A DNA stretch of 63,152 nt, filler included, from Dirinaria sp. TL-2023a (GCA_051941275.1; 20 parts of 20 records of this genome joined end to end with filler, not necessarily neighbours in it); one strand, 5' to 3'. Shown: positions 33,947 to 47,319, counted from the whole stretch's first letter. A program made the numbers and translations. The notes: a model not told the origin generated them from the sequence alone.

Positions 33947-34331
33947 AACTATAATCACATCACAAGAGAGCAAATTTGCCTTCCCTATTCGATTCAGCAA
34001 GCCATCAAGGTTATGTATTCCAGTGAGGTTCGCGCCGGCTGGAGATGATGCTGCGGATCTACTTAAGCCATACGGGACTTTCGTCCCGGGCCGACTGCAT
34101 CAGGCCCTAAGCCTTGTGGCGTCCGCGGGTTAAATGTCCTGCTGGGGCTTCAATGCAGCTTTCATGCCTCTGCTGCTCCACCTCGATTAGTACACGGGGG
34201 GGTATGAAGAAGTATGCAGAGAAAGCTGCATCTGCTTAGGCGAGAAGCCTTGATCCAACAGATATTGATCGCTTATATCAGCCATCGAGCCGCTCGTTAC
34301 GAGTGTGCAAAACATCCAATGAAAAGCTCTA

Positions 34332-34561
34332 ACCGGCGCACCCCCTAGTCGCTCCGCTCCTATAGATGGCGTCGTTAAACCACCAAAATGTGGAACAAAG
34401 CATTAGCGGCCATCGTCCCACCCAGGTCAAAAAGGAACCACCAAGGACGTCAAGAAAAGACAATCTAGCCTAGAACAACCTTTTCTGTTGAGACGCATTC
34501 CATGATAGAGGTTGTTGAGCATGGCAGTAAGAACTGCTCAGCGACTAGGGGGTGCGCCGGT
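34332..34561. mobile_element. MITE (230 bp), pogo/Fot1-like Tc1-mariner superfamily
   Basis: Perfect 22-bp TIRs ACCGGCGCACCCCCTAGTCGCT (34332-34353 / 34540-34561), flanked by TA on both sides; no ORF inside. Confidence 0.9.
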
Positions 34562-36397
34562 TACCAGGCTCGCATATATGTAATGCTAGTCCTTGACCAT
34601 CCAGCTGTTGGGGGGGGAGGGGGGTTTAACAAGAATTAAGCTTTACAACTGAGATTCCTTTGTTAAAAAAGAAACTATTCGCTTCGCGGATATCGGACAA
34701 TTTCGTATTGGGAATTGAGAATTCATCCTAGCAACGGCAATCTCGATTCGCCATAATAAAATCCTTCGAAAGGATCTGAGGAAAATCGCCGCTCGCGCTT
34801 TTCGGACCCGTAAAATCCAGAGCAAAGACTGTTTTTATAGATTTTTTTTCTCTTATCGGGGCATCGCATCGTGGGTAATGCGCTCGAAACATGGGATCTC
34901 AAAAAAAAAAAAAAAAAAAAAAAAANNNNNNNNNNNNNNNNNNNNNNNNNNNNNNNNNNNNNNNNNNNNTTAATTAATTAANNNNNNNNNNNNNNNNNNN
35001 NNNNNNNNNNNNNNNNNNNNNNNNNAAGATTGAAATTGAAGGGAGCGGTGATCGTACGTCAATGATTGTCCGTTCTGGAGCCATGACTGCTCCACTGTCA
35101 TGAGTTTCGTCTGAGAAGAAGACAAAGTATTTTCACGCCTCGTAGCCTTAGAGCTAGTTCTGTTCAATCCACGATTCTCGGGTTAAAGATGATCACGTGA
35201 ACCAGGCCTTCGGGGGAAAAAGGGCCGAGATATCGAGAATCGGAGTAATTTCGGCAAACCATTTTAGAGTCTTAGGGGATTGCTTGGCAACTTGGCACAT
35301 CGCTTCTGCTCTTTAATTTCAGAACGCGTTATTCTTGGTAAAGTCACTCGCTAATTCCCCAAATCTACCCAAGAGCTGAATATCAGACAAGAATGAAAAA
35401 AATGAATGATGATTCTATTTCCATGCTGGAGGGTCGTCCAGCTTTCCACAAGCGCTCGGTATATCGTATTCGCCTCTAGAACAGATCGCGAATGCAAATT
35501 TTGATTACCGCGGACCGAGTTCCATCCAAGATGCTGTCGGACTGCAATGGAGGCTTGGACTAGGGAACCTTTGAAGTATGTGTGACAAATTTTTTTTTTT
35601 AAGATCGATTTTCTTTTGTGTGAAAAGCTTCCCAGAAGCTCGAAGCCCGTCGTTGTTGATGCCAATTTTCATTCGGAGATCTTCCATCGAACATTACTGC
35701 CGAGGACTGAGCGTTTAAAGTATTTACTCGGATCATTTGCTTAACGCTATCTTAGCTAATCATCAAGTCCGCCTGCTCAGCCTCGGGCTCTAAGGTAGGT
35801 AGATCAAGATAAGGTAAAGTCAGGTACTGATACCCACGCCAGCCACCGGCAGCTAAGATAATTCTCCGCTCCACCCATGGTTCACTCGTCGCGCTGTCGT
35901 CATCCACTGCGCAAGTCATTCATCACCACTTATTACATGTACTTAATTCTCTACTCAACTACTCAATCCACCTGGTCAAGCCTTCAAACTCCCGCTCGAC
36001 CTCTTTTTACGACACCCACACCACAGATAACATCCATCGCATACGGAAATCCTTCAGCCTCGGAATAGCAATGTCAATGGGGGCCGCAACGCCACCGAGC
36101 GATCCAGGCCTGACCACTTACCGTAATGGGCCCATTCCTGCTGCCCACGATACTGATGATTTGATGGTCCGTGGTATCTCGCCACCGATGAGCCAATCGC
36201 CGACGTGAACAAGCGCCGGGTTCAGATGAGAGATTCGGCCCCCGCACCCATCATGGTAGATTAAATGCTCAAGGCATGGCTCTTTAGCCACATGCTACCC
36301 ACACCCAGGCTAGACTCTGCCAGCAGGCTGTCGCTATAAGGTCTCACGCTTGGCACAGCAGCTTGCTTTTGCTTGTCTCGTCTCGTCTCTGCCTCCT

Positions 36398-37321
36398 ATG
36401 TCCAAAATCATGGCGATGCGCAGTCGGCACGCTGACTCTGCCAGCTCCCAATTCCTGCCTTACTTCTTCTTCCCTGTCGCTCTCCTTCTCTCTCTGCAGC
36501 CTGCAGTTTGTCAAGTTTCCTTCCCCCTCACCGCTTTCCCCGCCTGGTCCACGGTTGCACCCTGCATGACCGGTGCACTTTCCGAAATTTGGAACACTGA
36601 CCTTTACGATGACTGCGCATCGGATGTACCCATCAAGTCCTATGGCAGTTGCGTCTGTGCATACCAGATGACAATGGTGAATGAGAACCTGCGCCTCACT
36701 TACGATTTCGACGCGGAATGTAGCACCAGCGGCGTTTCCGACCTGGTCACGCAGCTTTGTAGTTGGAGTGGAGTAGACTTGGCAAAGGCCGCTGCTGGTG
36801 CTGGCAGCGCTGGCGTTACTCTGACAGCGTCGGCGACTGGAGCTGGGGCCACTGGTACGAACACCATTCCCGAATGGCTGGAGAAGGTATCGAGTGGCTA
36901 AGATTCAGCAGGTGTAGCGACACCGGGAGATACCGCTCGTCTCTCGCACCCAACCTCAACATCGGGTGCGCCTGCAACCAGCAGTACGGCCGCTGGCAAT
37001 GGGAAACATTTCGGAGGATTGACCATGGATGAGGTAATAGCGCTAGCGGTGGGGATACCTTCCGTAATCCTAGCAGCTGTGGCGGTGTGGTATGCACGAC
37101 AGAACAACGTTTTCCAGAGAATGAGCATGTATTTCCAGCGGCACACGAATCCCAGCGGCCATCATTCCGGTTACCAAGATTGGGGAAGCGGAACGAATCT
37201 CGGTGGTCACAACTTTGGTTCGCCAGAATGGGGAAGTGGTCGTGGATACAATGGCTGGCAACAGCAGACCGGATCGGGATCCAACCTCAGACTTTCAGGC
37301 AATCGTGCGCCCTACTATTGA
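36398..37321 (+). CDS. Single-pass cell-surface protein: signal peptide, Cys-rich domain, S/T/A/G linker, TM helix, G/S/N/Q-rich tail (intron 36855-36911)
   Basis: The 57-nt GTACGA..GCTAAG..CAG intron removes the in-frame TAA and joins ORFs 36350-36901 and 37019-37321; TM IALAVGIPSVILAAVAVWY. Confidence 0.8.
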
Positions 37322-37558
37322 GATATGGTAATGTGAGATGATGCATCGAGTGTTGTATGATTTTGGTGAGCATTTGAGATCTGATTTTTGGGTAGATGCA
37401 TCCAAGCTGATCCGAAAGATTAGTTCAGGTCGTTTACCAAGCTGAGTATTATCTGGAGTTGTCCGGTCTTTGCTTGTCCTGTAATTGGGTGTAGGGTTTG
37501 TATTAGTTTGGCGTTCCACGTTGGATGCATGATAGGTATATAGAAACGACAACGGCCT

Positions 37559-38079
37559 TCAGATTTCTCCTTGGCGCTCAATCTTCGGTGCTTCAAGCCC
37601 ACTGCCATCTATCTCCTCCAACTTGAGCACCGCCCATTCCTGTCCCAGACTCTCGGCCCACCTATCTGGATTGCGCCGCTTCGTGTAGCCTTGAGCATTG
37701 GCCTGCTCCGTGCTGCTGTCCTTTGTCGTGGTCGTCCATTTCTGGTCCAGCATCCGTATCAATTCAGAACTATGCGGCTTGAGGAAATCGAGATTGAGAA
37801 TGCGGAAATATCCGACGAATCTGAATCTTTGAGGTTTCTGAGGACTGTCGTGCTCGGCGAGTACTGGGATCAGAGCCTTGGTTTGATTTCCGTCATCGGT
37901 CTTCGAGGTTCGTGAATGTTGAAACATTTCAGATCGTTGCTCCGAAGCTGTCTCTTCTGTTTCAGCCCCGCCTCCATTTGCGGAGGTTTCTAAAGCTTTA
38001 TCTTCCGTTTCCGCAAGCTTACTTCCACCATCTCCCATTACAATACCCCCACCACCAGGCGAAACCTGTTCCACCCCCC
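37559..38079 (-). CDS. C-terminal part of a conserved fungal hypothetical protein (5' truncated)
   Basis: FRFVGYFRI.NLDFL.P.S.ELIRML.QKW..R....W.ESL..EWAVLKLE; open to the contig edge. Confidence 0.7.
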
Positions 38080-38676
38080 NNNNNNNNNNNNNNNNNNNNN
38101 NNNNNNNNNNNNNNNNNNNNNNNTTAATTAATTAANNNNNNNNNNNNNNNNNNNNNNNNNNNNNNNNNNNNNNNNNNNNGGGTTGAAGAGGAGAAGGGAA
38201 ATTATTAATGGAATAGGAAAGGGAATTTTTGGTAGATTTGGGGAGGGGAGGAAGAGGGTGGTATATGTGGGTTTAAAGAATAGGATATAGTAAGATACGA
38301 GGGGAGGATTAGAGGAGGAGGGAGATTTTGTTGATTGTAGATATGCGAGAAGAATGGATTCAAGAAAGTCGGGGCTAGAAGGGACGTTTGATCCGGGTTG
38401 GGGAGCAGGTCCGTTGTTTATTCAACTTTTTGTTTTCCATTTTGGAGAAATTATTGCTACTGCTATGGGTGACCAATACTTAGAGTGATTTTATGCGATT
38501 CTGTTTCCTGACATTATATAGATTCAGACAAGGGCTGACCGAAATACTTTGCCTTACTCCAATGTTCCTTAGTGATGAACCGAGATTCGTAATGCTTCTG
38601 ATGTTTAAAAATTATATTAGGAAGTGTATTCCATGGCATCAATCTGCGCCGTAGGTAAGAGAAAATTTGTCCCATT

Positions 38677-40300
38677 TCAGTAATCGTGGCTGAACTTCTG
38701 ACGTTTCGCACGTTCGCTATCCTCTTGGATGTCTTCACAAGCCTCTTTGTCTTTGCCATGGAACTTGACGAGCTTGCAATTAGGTCCATGCCCACAGTAA
38801 GGATCATGAGGGCACGTGTGCCCATAGAGGCACTTGGGATCTGAGCATGCGGAAACTTGAACACAGGGACTTGACCTGATACGCCCTGCTTGTATGATCA
38901 TGTGGAATGGAGTCAACTGCTCGTGGCTATATTTGCAGTCCAATGTCTGACACGGATCTCCTGAAACCATCGAGTTACATGGCTGCTGTGAGTTGTTGAG
39001 GAATTTTTGCTTGAAAGTCTCGTGATGTTCGCGATTGACTTTTGGCAGAGGTGTATTGACCCGCTCTCCGTTTCTGTTCCTGGTGACCCTGAATGGATTA
39101 AATGTCTCGTTGTAAGGCTCCACGGCTGGCGTCCTTGGCCTTACGACACCATGCGCCTCCGGTGGGACAACTTGCTGTGGCTGCATTTCGGCCATTGGAG
39201 CTGGTCCAGCTCCCGGTGTGCTAGGCCTTCTCATATGTCCATTGTTGCCTGCTGACATCCTGCGCTGAAGCTGTGCAGATTTCAAGGCAGGAGATTTGGC
39301 ATTATTATTCAGAGGTAGCTCCGTGTCTCTAAAAACATCATGGAATTTTGCAACTTTAAATGATAAACTCTCATATTCCTTACCCAAGCGGTATGGCTGG
39401 AGGAGGGATATGCGAGGAGCGACGTTCTGATTGTTTTTCCACGAATTCAGCATAGGAACGTAGCCGTTGTCGTGGCAGCATCCAAAGAGTATATGCTTGC
39501 AATGAACATTATTGATGAACAGGGCAAATGCGTCCGAGTCGTCAGCGTTTGGCGATATAACCTAAACGTAAAGGGGGGGGGGAAAGATTGCTTAAGCTCA
39601 CCTCTGATTTTATGGTCAGCTTGTTCTTTGCCATAGCCGACATCGACAATGTCAAAAAGTGGCTGCGCCTTGGTGAAAGCAGTGGTAAACTCGCGGAAAA
39701 CAGCGGTGTGGTCCACAATTCCGGAAAGGTTGCACTTTTTGGCCAAACCCTCGAGGTTGACAAAAATTCGAACCACAGTTCTCCATTGATGAGCACTTCG
39801 ATCAAGTTTTTGGAAATATCCTTGAATTTGCTCAAGGAGTCGTTGCGCTGCGATAGCGCCACCAGTAGAACCTTCACGGAGCAAGTCTTCTTCGAAGATG
39901 TAGCCGTCGCCATCAATCAAGGCAAGACCGAATGGATTGGCAGGCTCGCGTTCCATTTCTTGGAGCCGCTTTTCAGCATTCGTCGCTTTCTTCTCCGACG
40001 CTTCACGATGTTTCCGCTGGCTTTCAATTTCATTTTTAGATTTCTCAAGTTGTTGTTTCAATTGGTCATTCTGTTCTTCCAGTGTTTTGATTTTCGTTTT
40101 CCGTTGCCGAGACTCTTTTACGAGGTCCTATAATAGGTGAGCCAACGATGTCTGGACTGCCGTTGGAATGATGAAGGTCATACCCATGCCCATTGCTCGC
40201 GCTCTTTTTCTATTTGTCGATACCTCTCGAGCCGCTGCTCAGGCCCTTCCCTGAAACCCGGCGACTTCGGGGTTGGGGGTGCTGTATTGAGAGATGGCAT
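38677..40300 (-). CDS. Coiled-coil + DGD-motif (PIN/NYN-like) domain + tandem CCCH zinc-finger protein (3 exons)
   Basis: LIDGDGYIF, FDIVDVGYGKEQADHKIR, FGCCHDNGY, and C-terminal CCCH fingers (CSDPKCLYGHTCP); introns at about 40182-40128 and 39601-39545. Confidence 0.85.
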
Positions 40301-41039
40301 CGTACCTGGTATTTTCGTATTTTAAATGATAAATTGTAATATTGGATATTATGTTTCTGGTAGAGCCCGATCACACTTCCAAAAAATTCCAAGTAGCGCG
40401 AGAGAACAGAGACTGTGCAAAGTGCACCGATTAAATGTTGCTTTGGAAATCTCTCGCAATATTAATGACAGTAACAGTTCTCAATTGAGTATCCAAAACT
40501 TGGTGGTTGGTATCTATAAACACTCTTGAAATACAATAAACACTCCCAAAATTGTCGAAAATTCCGGAAGCGACTTGGCTGACAAATGTAAATCTAAGGT
40601 TCAAAGGTTATTAGTACCTTTGTTTATCATGGATAAGTTTACGCCAGAACAATACCCCCGGGTACATGGAATCTAAATACCTAGTGTAGCCACTACACTT
40701 TTTTATTAGATGTTGTAGTAGTAAGGGAAGAATAAAAGACTGGTTGATCTTCACTTTGAAATAGGAATAAACAAAGGAAGAATTCTTACAAAACGAAGGG
40801 GGAAACGTAAACAACATATACCTTTTGCTTAGCCAGCCAGATTTTCTGATTTCAAATCAAAACTAAACGATATTATCTGAGTTTCCGATTAGTTTCTACG
40901 AATGAAATCACAGAGGATTATCTAGAACTTCTTATATCCAATAGCAGTCTAACATTTAACTTTTAGCTATCTCTAGTCTATTAAATTCGTGATATGCGAG
41001 CGAATCATATCTCGTCGTCTACATAGTAATTTGAAATAC

Positions 41040-41228
41040 TTGCAGTAAATTAAATTAAATTAAAAATATTAAAATATTATTAATATTATTTAAAAATTAA
41101 AATCTCAAATAATTTATCAAATTTTATAGTTTTTATAACAAAGTGTAAAATAAAATAGATTTTAGTATAAGAATCAAATATTGTAAATTGTTTTTAATTA
41201 CGATTTTTTAAACTTAGAATTAGCTAAT
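41040..41228. repeat. Extremely AT-rich tract, probable RIP-degraded repeat remnant
   Basis: Abrupt shift to almost pure A/T with many TpA dinucleotides at the contig end. Confidence 0.45.
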
Positions 41229-41788
41229 NNNNNNNNNNNNNNNNNNNNNNNNNNNNNNNNNNNNNNNNNNNNTTAATTAATTAANNNNNNNNNNNNNNNN
41301 NNNNNNNNNNNNNNNNNNNNNNNNNNNNGATTGCTGGGCTTTTCTTCTCGTTGAGATCGGCGAGTGAATGAAGGGATGGGTGGATCGGTTTTCCATTTCG
41401 GACCTATCAGTACGAGTACAGTTACATACATAGATTAGAGAGAGATACCCCACCCTTCGCTTTTGCAAAGCAAAACAAGAAGTTAAATGCAGCTTAAGGA
41501 TTTACTTATCCTTAAAATACTTACGGACTATATGAATCTATTCATTCCGTCACTTCTATCCTACATACATACAAGAGAAAAGGCAAAAAAATTTCTTGAT
41601 TCGAATTCGACTCCCATTCCATTGATCTTTTTTCGTTTTCTAGTGTACAATAATAATAGATCCTTCTATAATAGGTAAGAGCGCGGATCTGATCATTATA
41701 AGCTACCTTAGCCTGCACCCGCACACATAATCTTTAAGTAGGATACATGTAGCTGAGGGACTTGTATAGTAAACCTTGAGCCACCAAA

Positions 41789-41820
<32 letters not shown>

Positions 41821-41834
41821 AAAAAAAAAAAATA

Positions 41835-43216
41835 TCAAATCTCCTCCCCCTCCATCTTCTTCCTCGCAACCATGAGATACATCGGCGTGAACAACTTCTC
41901 CTTGCCGCCCGCAACCAAGCAATCCGCCGCATGAGCCAAACTATCCGCCGTCTTCTTCGTCCCCCTTGGCATCAACCCGACCCTCTCGAACGCACCGATG
42001 GTGTTGTGCGCGACCGCGCGCCCGACCTTGGTCATGCGCGCGATGGTCAGGACATCGCCCACGCTGCCGGCCATGCGCAAGTCGCCGTCGAGCGGGTAGT
42101 ACCAGGGGCGGGCGTCCGGGCGGTCGGCGAGGTCTTCGTGGACCTCGAGCTCGAAGCCGGCGGCGCGGATGGCGGCCAGGGCGTCGGGGATGGCGACCAT
42201 GTTGGATATTCCATCCCCCTGCTCGATGCCCAGCCGGAGCTCGCGGTGGTGCGGGTCGCTGTTGTCGTAGGATGCTGTCATGACCCATTCGTAGACGCCG
42301 AAGACCCCGCCTGGTTTTAGCACGCGGTGGATTTCCGTGTAGACGCCTTCTAGGGAGGGGGCGTGCACTGTGGCTTCGATTGCGTAGACTGCGTCGAAGG
42401 TGTTGGGGGGGAAGGACATTTGCTTTTTTTTTGGAGAAAGAAAAATTTGGTTAGCGAGGAGGGGTACGAGGGGATGAGTTTTGGAGGGAAACAAAGATTT
42501 ACCATGAAATCGCCCTTCGTGAAGCTCAATTGCTTCGATAAGCCTTCCTTGGCCGCATACCTCGTCGCGCGCTCGATCTGGTAGTCGTTGTTGTTCAAGC
42601 CGACGATGTTGGCGCCCGTGAATTTGGCGATTTCCCGTGCGGGCCCGCCGACTCCGCACCCGACGTCGAGGACTTTCATCCCCTCCCGCATGCCCATCAT
42701 GTGTGCGAGGTAATGCTCGTGGCGCGCGATGGCTTGGTAGAAGCTTTCCCCGTGGGCGAAGCGGCAAAAGTGGAATGAACTGCACCAGCCGTATTCGTAG
42801 ATGTCCGTCGCTAGGTTGTAGTAACTGTGCCCCTTCGTGTCAATTTTTTCAATATTGATGGTTTTTTCCCATGGGGCAGTAAATGCTCACTGTCTCGTCA
42901 AGGAGGCGTATTCCGCTTTTCGTGCCTAGACAAGGGATCAGTTCGAGGTTGAAAAAGTATAGGTTTGAAAGAGAGGAGAAATTAGAACAGGGAGCGCAAA
43001 GAGGCCTCTCACATCTCGAATGTCCTCGGTTTCGGTAGCCGCAGCTTTATTATCCCAATGCTTGAAATATTCGTCAATAGCGGCCTTCTGTGCCGCCGGG
43101 TCTTTCTTCAACATCGACCGTATGCCAGCCTGCTGTTCTGCGCTCTTTCCATGCATGATCTTCGCGAACGCCATGTCGCGGGCATGATCCTCGCTTTCAA
43201 GGGCGATTGGAGCCAT
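41835..43216 (-). CDS. ERG6: Sterol 24-C-methyltransferase (multi-exon)
   Basis: [56 protein letters not shown] and [12 protein letters not shown]. Confidence 0.97.
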
Positions 43217-43751
43217 TTTCGAAAAGTATCAGTGACAAGAGGGAAGGATTGAAGACTAAATTGAACATGTGCAGGCGGAGAAAAGAATTTTGAAAGAGTG
43301 TAGGGGGTGCAATTGAGGAAAAGGAGTGCAGCGTGTGCTCCCTGCACCCAAAAAATTCCAGATTCTGATATGCAGCCATGCAAGGCACCGCGACGTCAAC
43401 ACTTATCCCAAAAGAGTTAGCTTCCTCTTCCCGGCTGCCAAATCCCGGAGAGCCGCGAATGGTCCCACTGGCTGGTACGAGAACTTCCGTACTGTACGGA
43501 GTATCATTCTTCAGTACCGAGAGCATCCTGAGGGACACGGTCTTGCAACCGTCTCGGTGACGAAAACTAAGAATTACAGAGACCTTGCCATTCGAGGATT
43601 AGCAAAGTCGAAGACACAAGTCACCAACCTCGAGGTCCCAGTGCTCATCCAGACATTAATAATCACCACCACCACCACCACCACCACTCCTCTTTCAACT
43701 CCATCCAACCCCCCTCCCCATACCCATACCCAAAACCCTCCAAAAAAAAAA

Positions 43752-44368
43752 ATGGCCTCCAAAGCCTCCATAAAACAAGACCTAAACCGTTCAGGCTGGG
43801 AAACGACCGACTTCCCCTCCGTATGCGAATCCTGCCTCCCCGCCAACCCCTACGTCCAAATGCTCAAAGACGACCACGGCGCCGAATGCAAGCTGTGCAC
43901 ACGGCCCTTCACGCTCTTCAGATGGAAAGCAGACCGCACATCGCGCCAAAAACGCACCTCGATCTGCCTGACCTGCGCGCGGCTGAAAAACTGCTGCCAA
44001 TGCTGCATGCTGGATCTGAGCTACGGGCTACCGATCGTGGTGCGGGACGCGGCGCTGAAAATGCTCGCCCCGGGGCCGGAAGGGGAAGTGAACCGGCAGT
44101 ACTACGCGCAGGAGCACGAGCGGGAGCTGGAGGAAGGCAGGGGGGACGTGGAGGCATACGAGAAGACGGACGAGAAAGCGAGGGACCTGCTGCGCAAACT
44201 GGCGCATTCGGAACCGTACCACAAACGGCAGCGGAGGATCGAGGATTCGGACCAGCGCCGTCGTTCTCGCTCGCCAGAGCGCTCTCCCACCTCAACAACC
44301 ACCACCACAGCCACGCGCCGCCCCCTCTCCTTCTCATCCCGCGGCCGCGGCAGCGGCCCCACCAACCC
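43752..44368 (+). CDS. SLT11: Pre-mRNA splicing factor Slt11/Ecm2 (RBM22-like), 3' truncated
   Basis: IKQDLNRSGWETTDFPSVCE.CL..NPYVQM..ECKLCTRPFT.FRW..C.TCARLKNCCQCCMLDL.YGLP. Confidence 0.93.
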
Positions 44369-45297
44369 NNNNNNNNNNNNNNNNNNNNNNNNNNNNNNNN
44401 NNNNNNNNNNNNTTAATTAATTAANNNNNNNNNNNNNNNNNNNNNNNNNNNNNNNNNNNNNNNNNNNNATTGTAGGGGAGATGGAATAATTTAGGGACGG
44501 AGAGGGAGGTACCTAAGTTGGTTTTTGAGGACGATGATGATGATGGGGATTTTTTTACCTTAGCGGAAGGGCCAAAAGATCTGAGTTGAGATATGCGCCA
44601 GACCCTGCGCTGACCCTAGAACTTGATCGCACTTTTCCTTGCCTTCAGTATCTCCTTTTTGCGTACGAATAATATCTCGTACTTGAAAGCGATTCAAATA
44701 GGAGTTGCAAGCTAGTATTAGATAAAACGAGATGTCTGAAATCTGGAGAACGATGCCTGTCATCTTGTTTTCTCTGCGAGGTTCTTAATAGAATTGAGAA
44801 ACGTGGATACCGATTTCCTTTGCTTGTGCACTACAAGCCTTGTTCGCATGCTGGCCCCTATGTTGTAAATTTGATACAGACAGTCCTTATCCATCACGGA
44901 CATCTTTTCTCATGTGAGGATCCGATACCAAGCGAGGTCATATGGTGAGCTCATTCCGTGTCCATAAGAAAACATGTAACCAAAAAGCATGATTCTCGTT
45001 TTTCTTCCCAATCACTAAAAGATGATGTATTGCAGTCTACTCCAGACCTTTTCGTTTACTACCTTACTACTGTACTCCAACGTGGTGACGACTTACCCGT
45101 CAACTCTGTCAGAACGCTTAACATACCAAATCCGTATCCTTGCAAAGGGTGTTCGCTAAGACTTCTGGTTGTGCCCCCAAGTGATGCTCGCGACTTCGAA
45201 TCGCACGGCGGCCCTGTAACCAACGCTCCAATGTTGGGCTAAAGCTATAACTCCTCCGTATCCAACGCTTCCTTTGTTGTGCCTGAGTCGCTCGAAC

Positions 45298-47319
45298 TTA
45301 TCCTCGATCAGGCCGTCCCCTCCTAGGTCCCCCCTTCAGACTCCTGACCCGGCTCAAAAATCCTCCACCACTCGGCTTCGCCTCCTCACCTCTAAGGCCA
45401 TCATGTGTGACCCGCCTCTCTAGCATTGCGGGAGGAGGGCCCCCTCTCCGTTGAAAACTGACAGGTGGCCCGGCTTTCCGACTGGGGCCTGCATCGTCTC
45501 TATTCCTCTCCTCGGCGAGCTGTATCTTCGTACCCTTCCTCTCATAGGCCTCTTCATATTTATTAAAAAACGGGTTCGTGTTCGCTTGGCGAATCTGCGG
45601 CATACCGCCAGCGCTCATAGCCTGGCCTGTGGGACTGGTAGGGGATGTCGGGGCGCGCTCATATGCTGCTTCTGGGCTGCGAGGGCCTGTGCCCACGCGA
45701 TCGCTGCGGTTGATGCCACGGATTTTCTGGACCAAGCTCTTCTTGCGTCCTAGACCGCCTGAATTGCCGCCGTTGGTGTTGTCGGATTCGACTTCCCGCC
45801 GTTGAATGGCCGCACGAGCTGCTGGTGCGCCTTCGAGGAAGGTGCTCGTACCGAGACCCAAGCTCTCGTCGCCGTGCACAGGCTCGACTCTGTCTGTGGG
45901 ATTGAAGCTAGATGTTCGATCTACCCCCGGACGAACGTCTCGGTCATGTCGGGTGGGCGCGCTGGCCCCGGCGTAGGGCTCGAAAGATACAGACTCCACC
46001 AGTGGATTGCTTGCAGCCGAAGTTGAGAAATCGGTGAAGCCTTCGTCGCCCAGGCCGTGGAATCGTTCGAGATCAATGTTTTTGTTGATCGGGCCGGCGC
46101 CATCTAGCCTATTGTTCATCGAGTCCTTTGCGAAAGCTTGCATGGGTGCTCGTTGAGATCCTTTGCGATTGCGATGAGGATTGCACGCGTCAAATGGTCC
46201 GTCATGGTGGACCACTGCGAGGAAAGTTAGCATGTTGCTCGCTGTTGGTAAGGTCAGATGCTGCGCGTACTCCCAGTGCCATAGATACCAGTCAAGTCTA
46301 GTTGATCAATCACATCCAATTTTCGACTGGGCTTCTTGGATCCTGGCGCACCACTTTTGCCATCTTTGTGCCTGGCCTCCCTATCCCTCGGTCTGGCTTC
46401 TCGGTCTCGAGGCCGGCGCTCTCGTCGTTTCCGCTCATCGTCCGAATTTGCGGCTTTCCCGTTCTTGTCTGCCAGGGAGGACTCCGAATTACGCCTTGGT
46501 CGAGGCCTGGCAGTGGGCGGGTCTGCGAACACGTCCGCTGTTTGTGGGGCATTGCGAGGTTTTGCAAGGGTCCTCGACCGCTGCTGGACCTCTTCTCGGG
46601 ACTTGTTCTGTTGATGCATGGAAGGGCCGAGCTTCTTCTGGGGTGGTGGGACGTTCTCCGACCGTGGGGGTCGATTTGTGTATGGAAGGGCTTGATTTGG
46701 GCCACTGCTGGTTGACTGGTCTTCAAGGGCAAGGTTGTTCTGGGAGGATCCGCCCGGTCAGCAGTGATGAGTTAATCATGCATTCGAGGACTTACAAAAA
46801 GTTCGGCGGTGTTACCGTACAACCCTCCCTTCGCCGGCATCGTGCCACCCGACATGGTCTGAGGTGACGCAGGCCGAGGTTGAGGAGCGAATATATCCAG
46901 CTGCTCGCTGTCGAGGAAAGGATTCCGCGATCGAGGTCTTTCGGGGGGAGTCTGGATAGTGAAGTTCAGGCTCTGGGGCGAAGGCAGGCTATGGAGCGAT
47001 GCCGGAGAGGCGGCTCGGTTGCGAAAGGGATTGTTGGAGGGGAGGTCGAGCGTGAGGCCTGGAGAATTGGGTTTGCCTGTGGTCCAGGTTGATGTCAGTT
47101 GGCGCTTCCAAGTTTCGCAGCGACTGCAAGTACAAGGGTCAGGAGTGGCCGGTGTGGCAGGGCCGGGAGTGTTGTGAAACGGCTATTCACATGAGGATGG
47201 GCAGCAGTGCGCGCTCAAGCGTTTTTCTCTGACCGGGAGGTTGTTCGACCGCTATCTAGAAATAATGTACTGTCCGGAGTAGCCATACCTGCTGCGTCCT
47301 GCGCTTGCACAAGCGCCAT
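45298..47319 (-). CDS. PAL1: Pal1 cell-morphology/endocytosis protein (4 exons predicted)
   Basis: LDVIDQLDLTGIYG|..HHDGPFDACNPHRN..APMQAF; NPF motifs (SNNPF, RNPF, TNPF); upstream exons join in frame from the ATG at 47319. Confidence 0.88.

Noticed and set aside
36899..36901. In-frame TAA suggesting a pseudogene or stop read-through
   Set aside because: It falls inside a canonical 57-nt intron (36855-36911).
43326..43751. N-terminal extension of SLT11 in the 364-aa ORF
   Set aside because: Non-ATG start and promoter/UTR-like low-complexity sequence; recognisable homology begins at ATG 43752.
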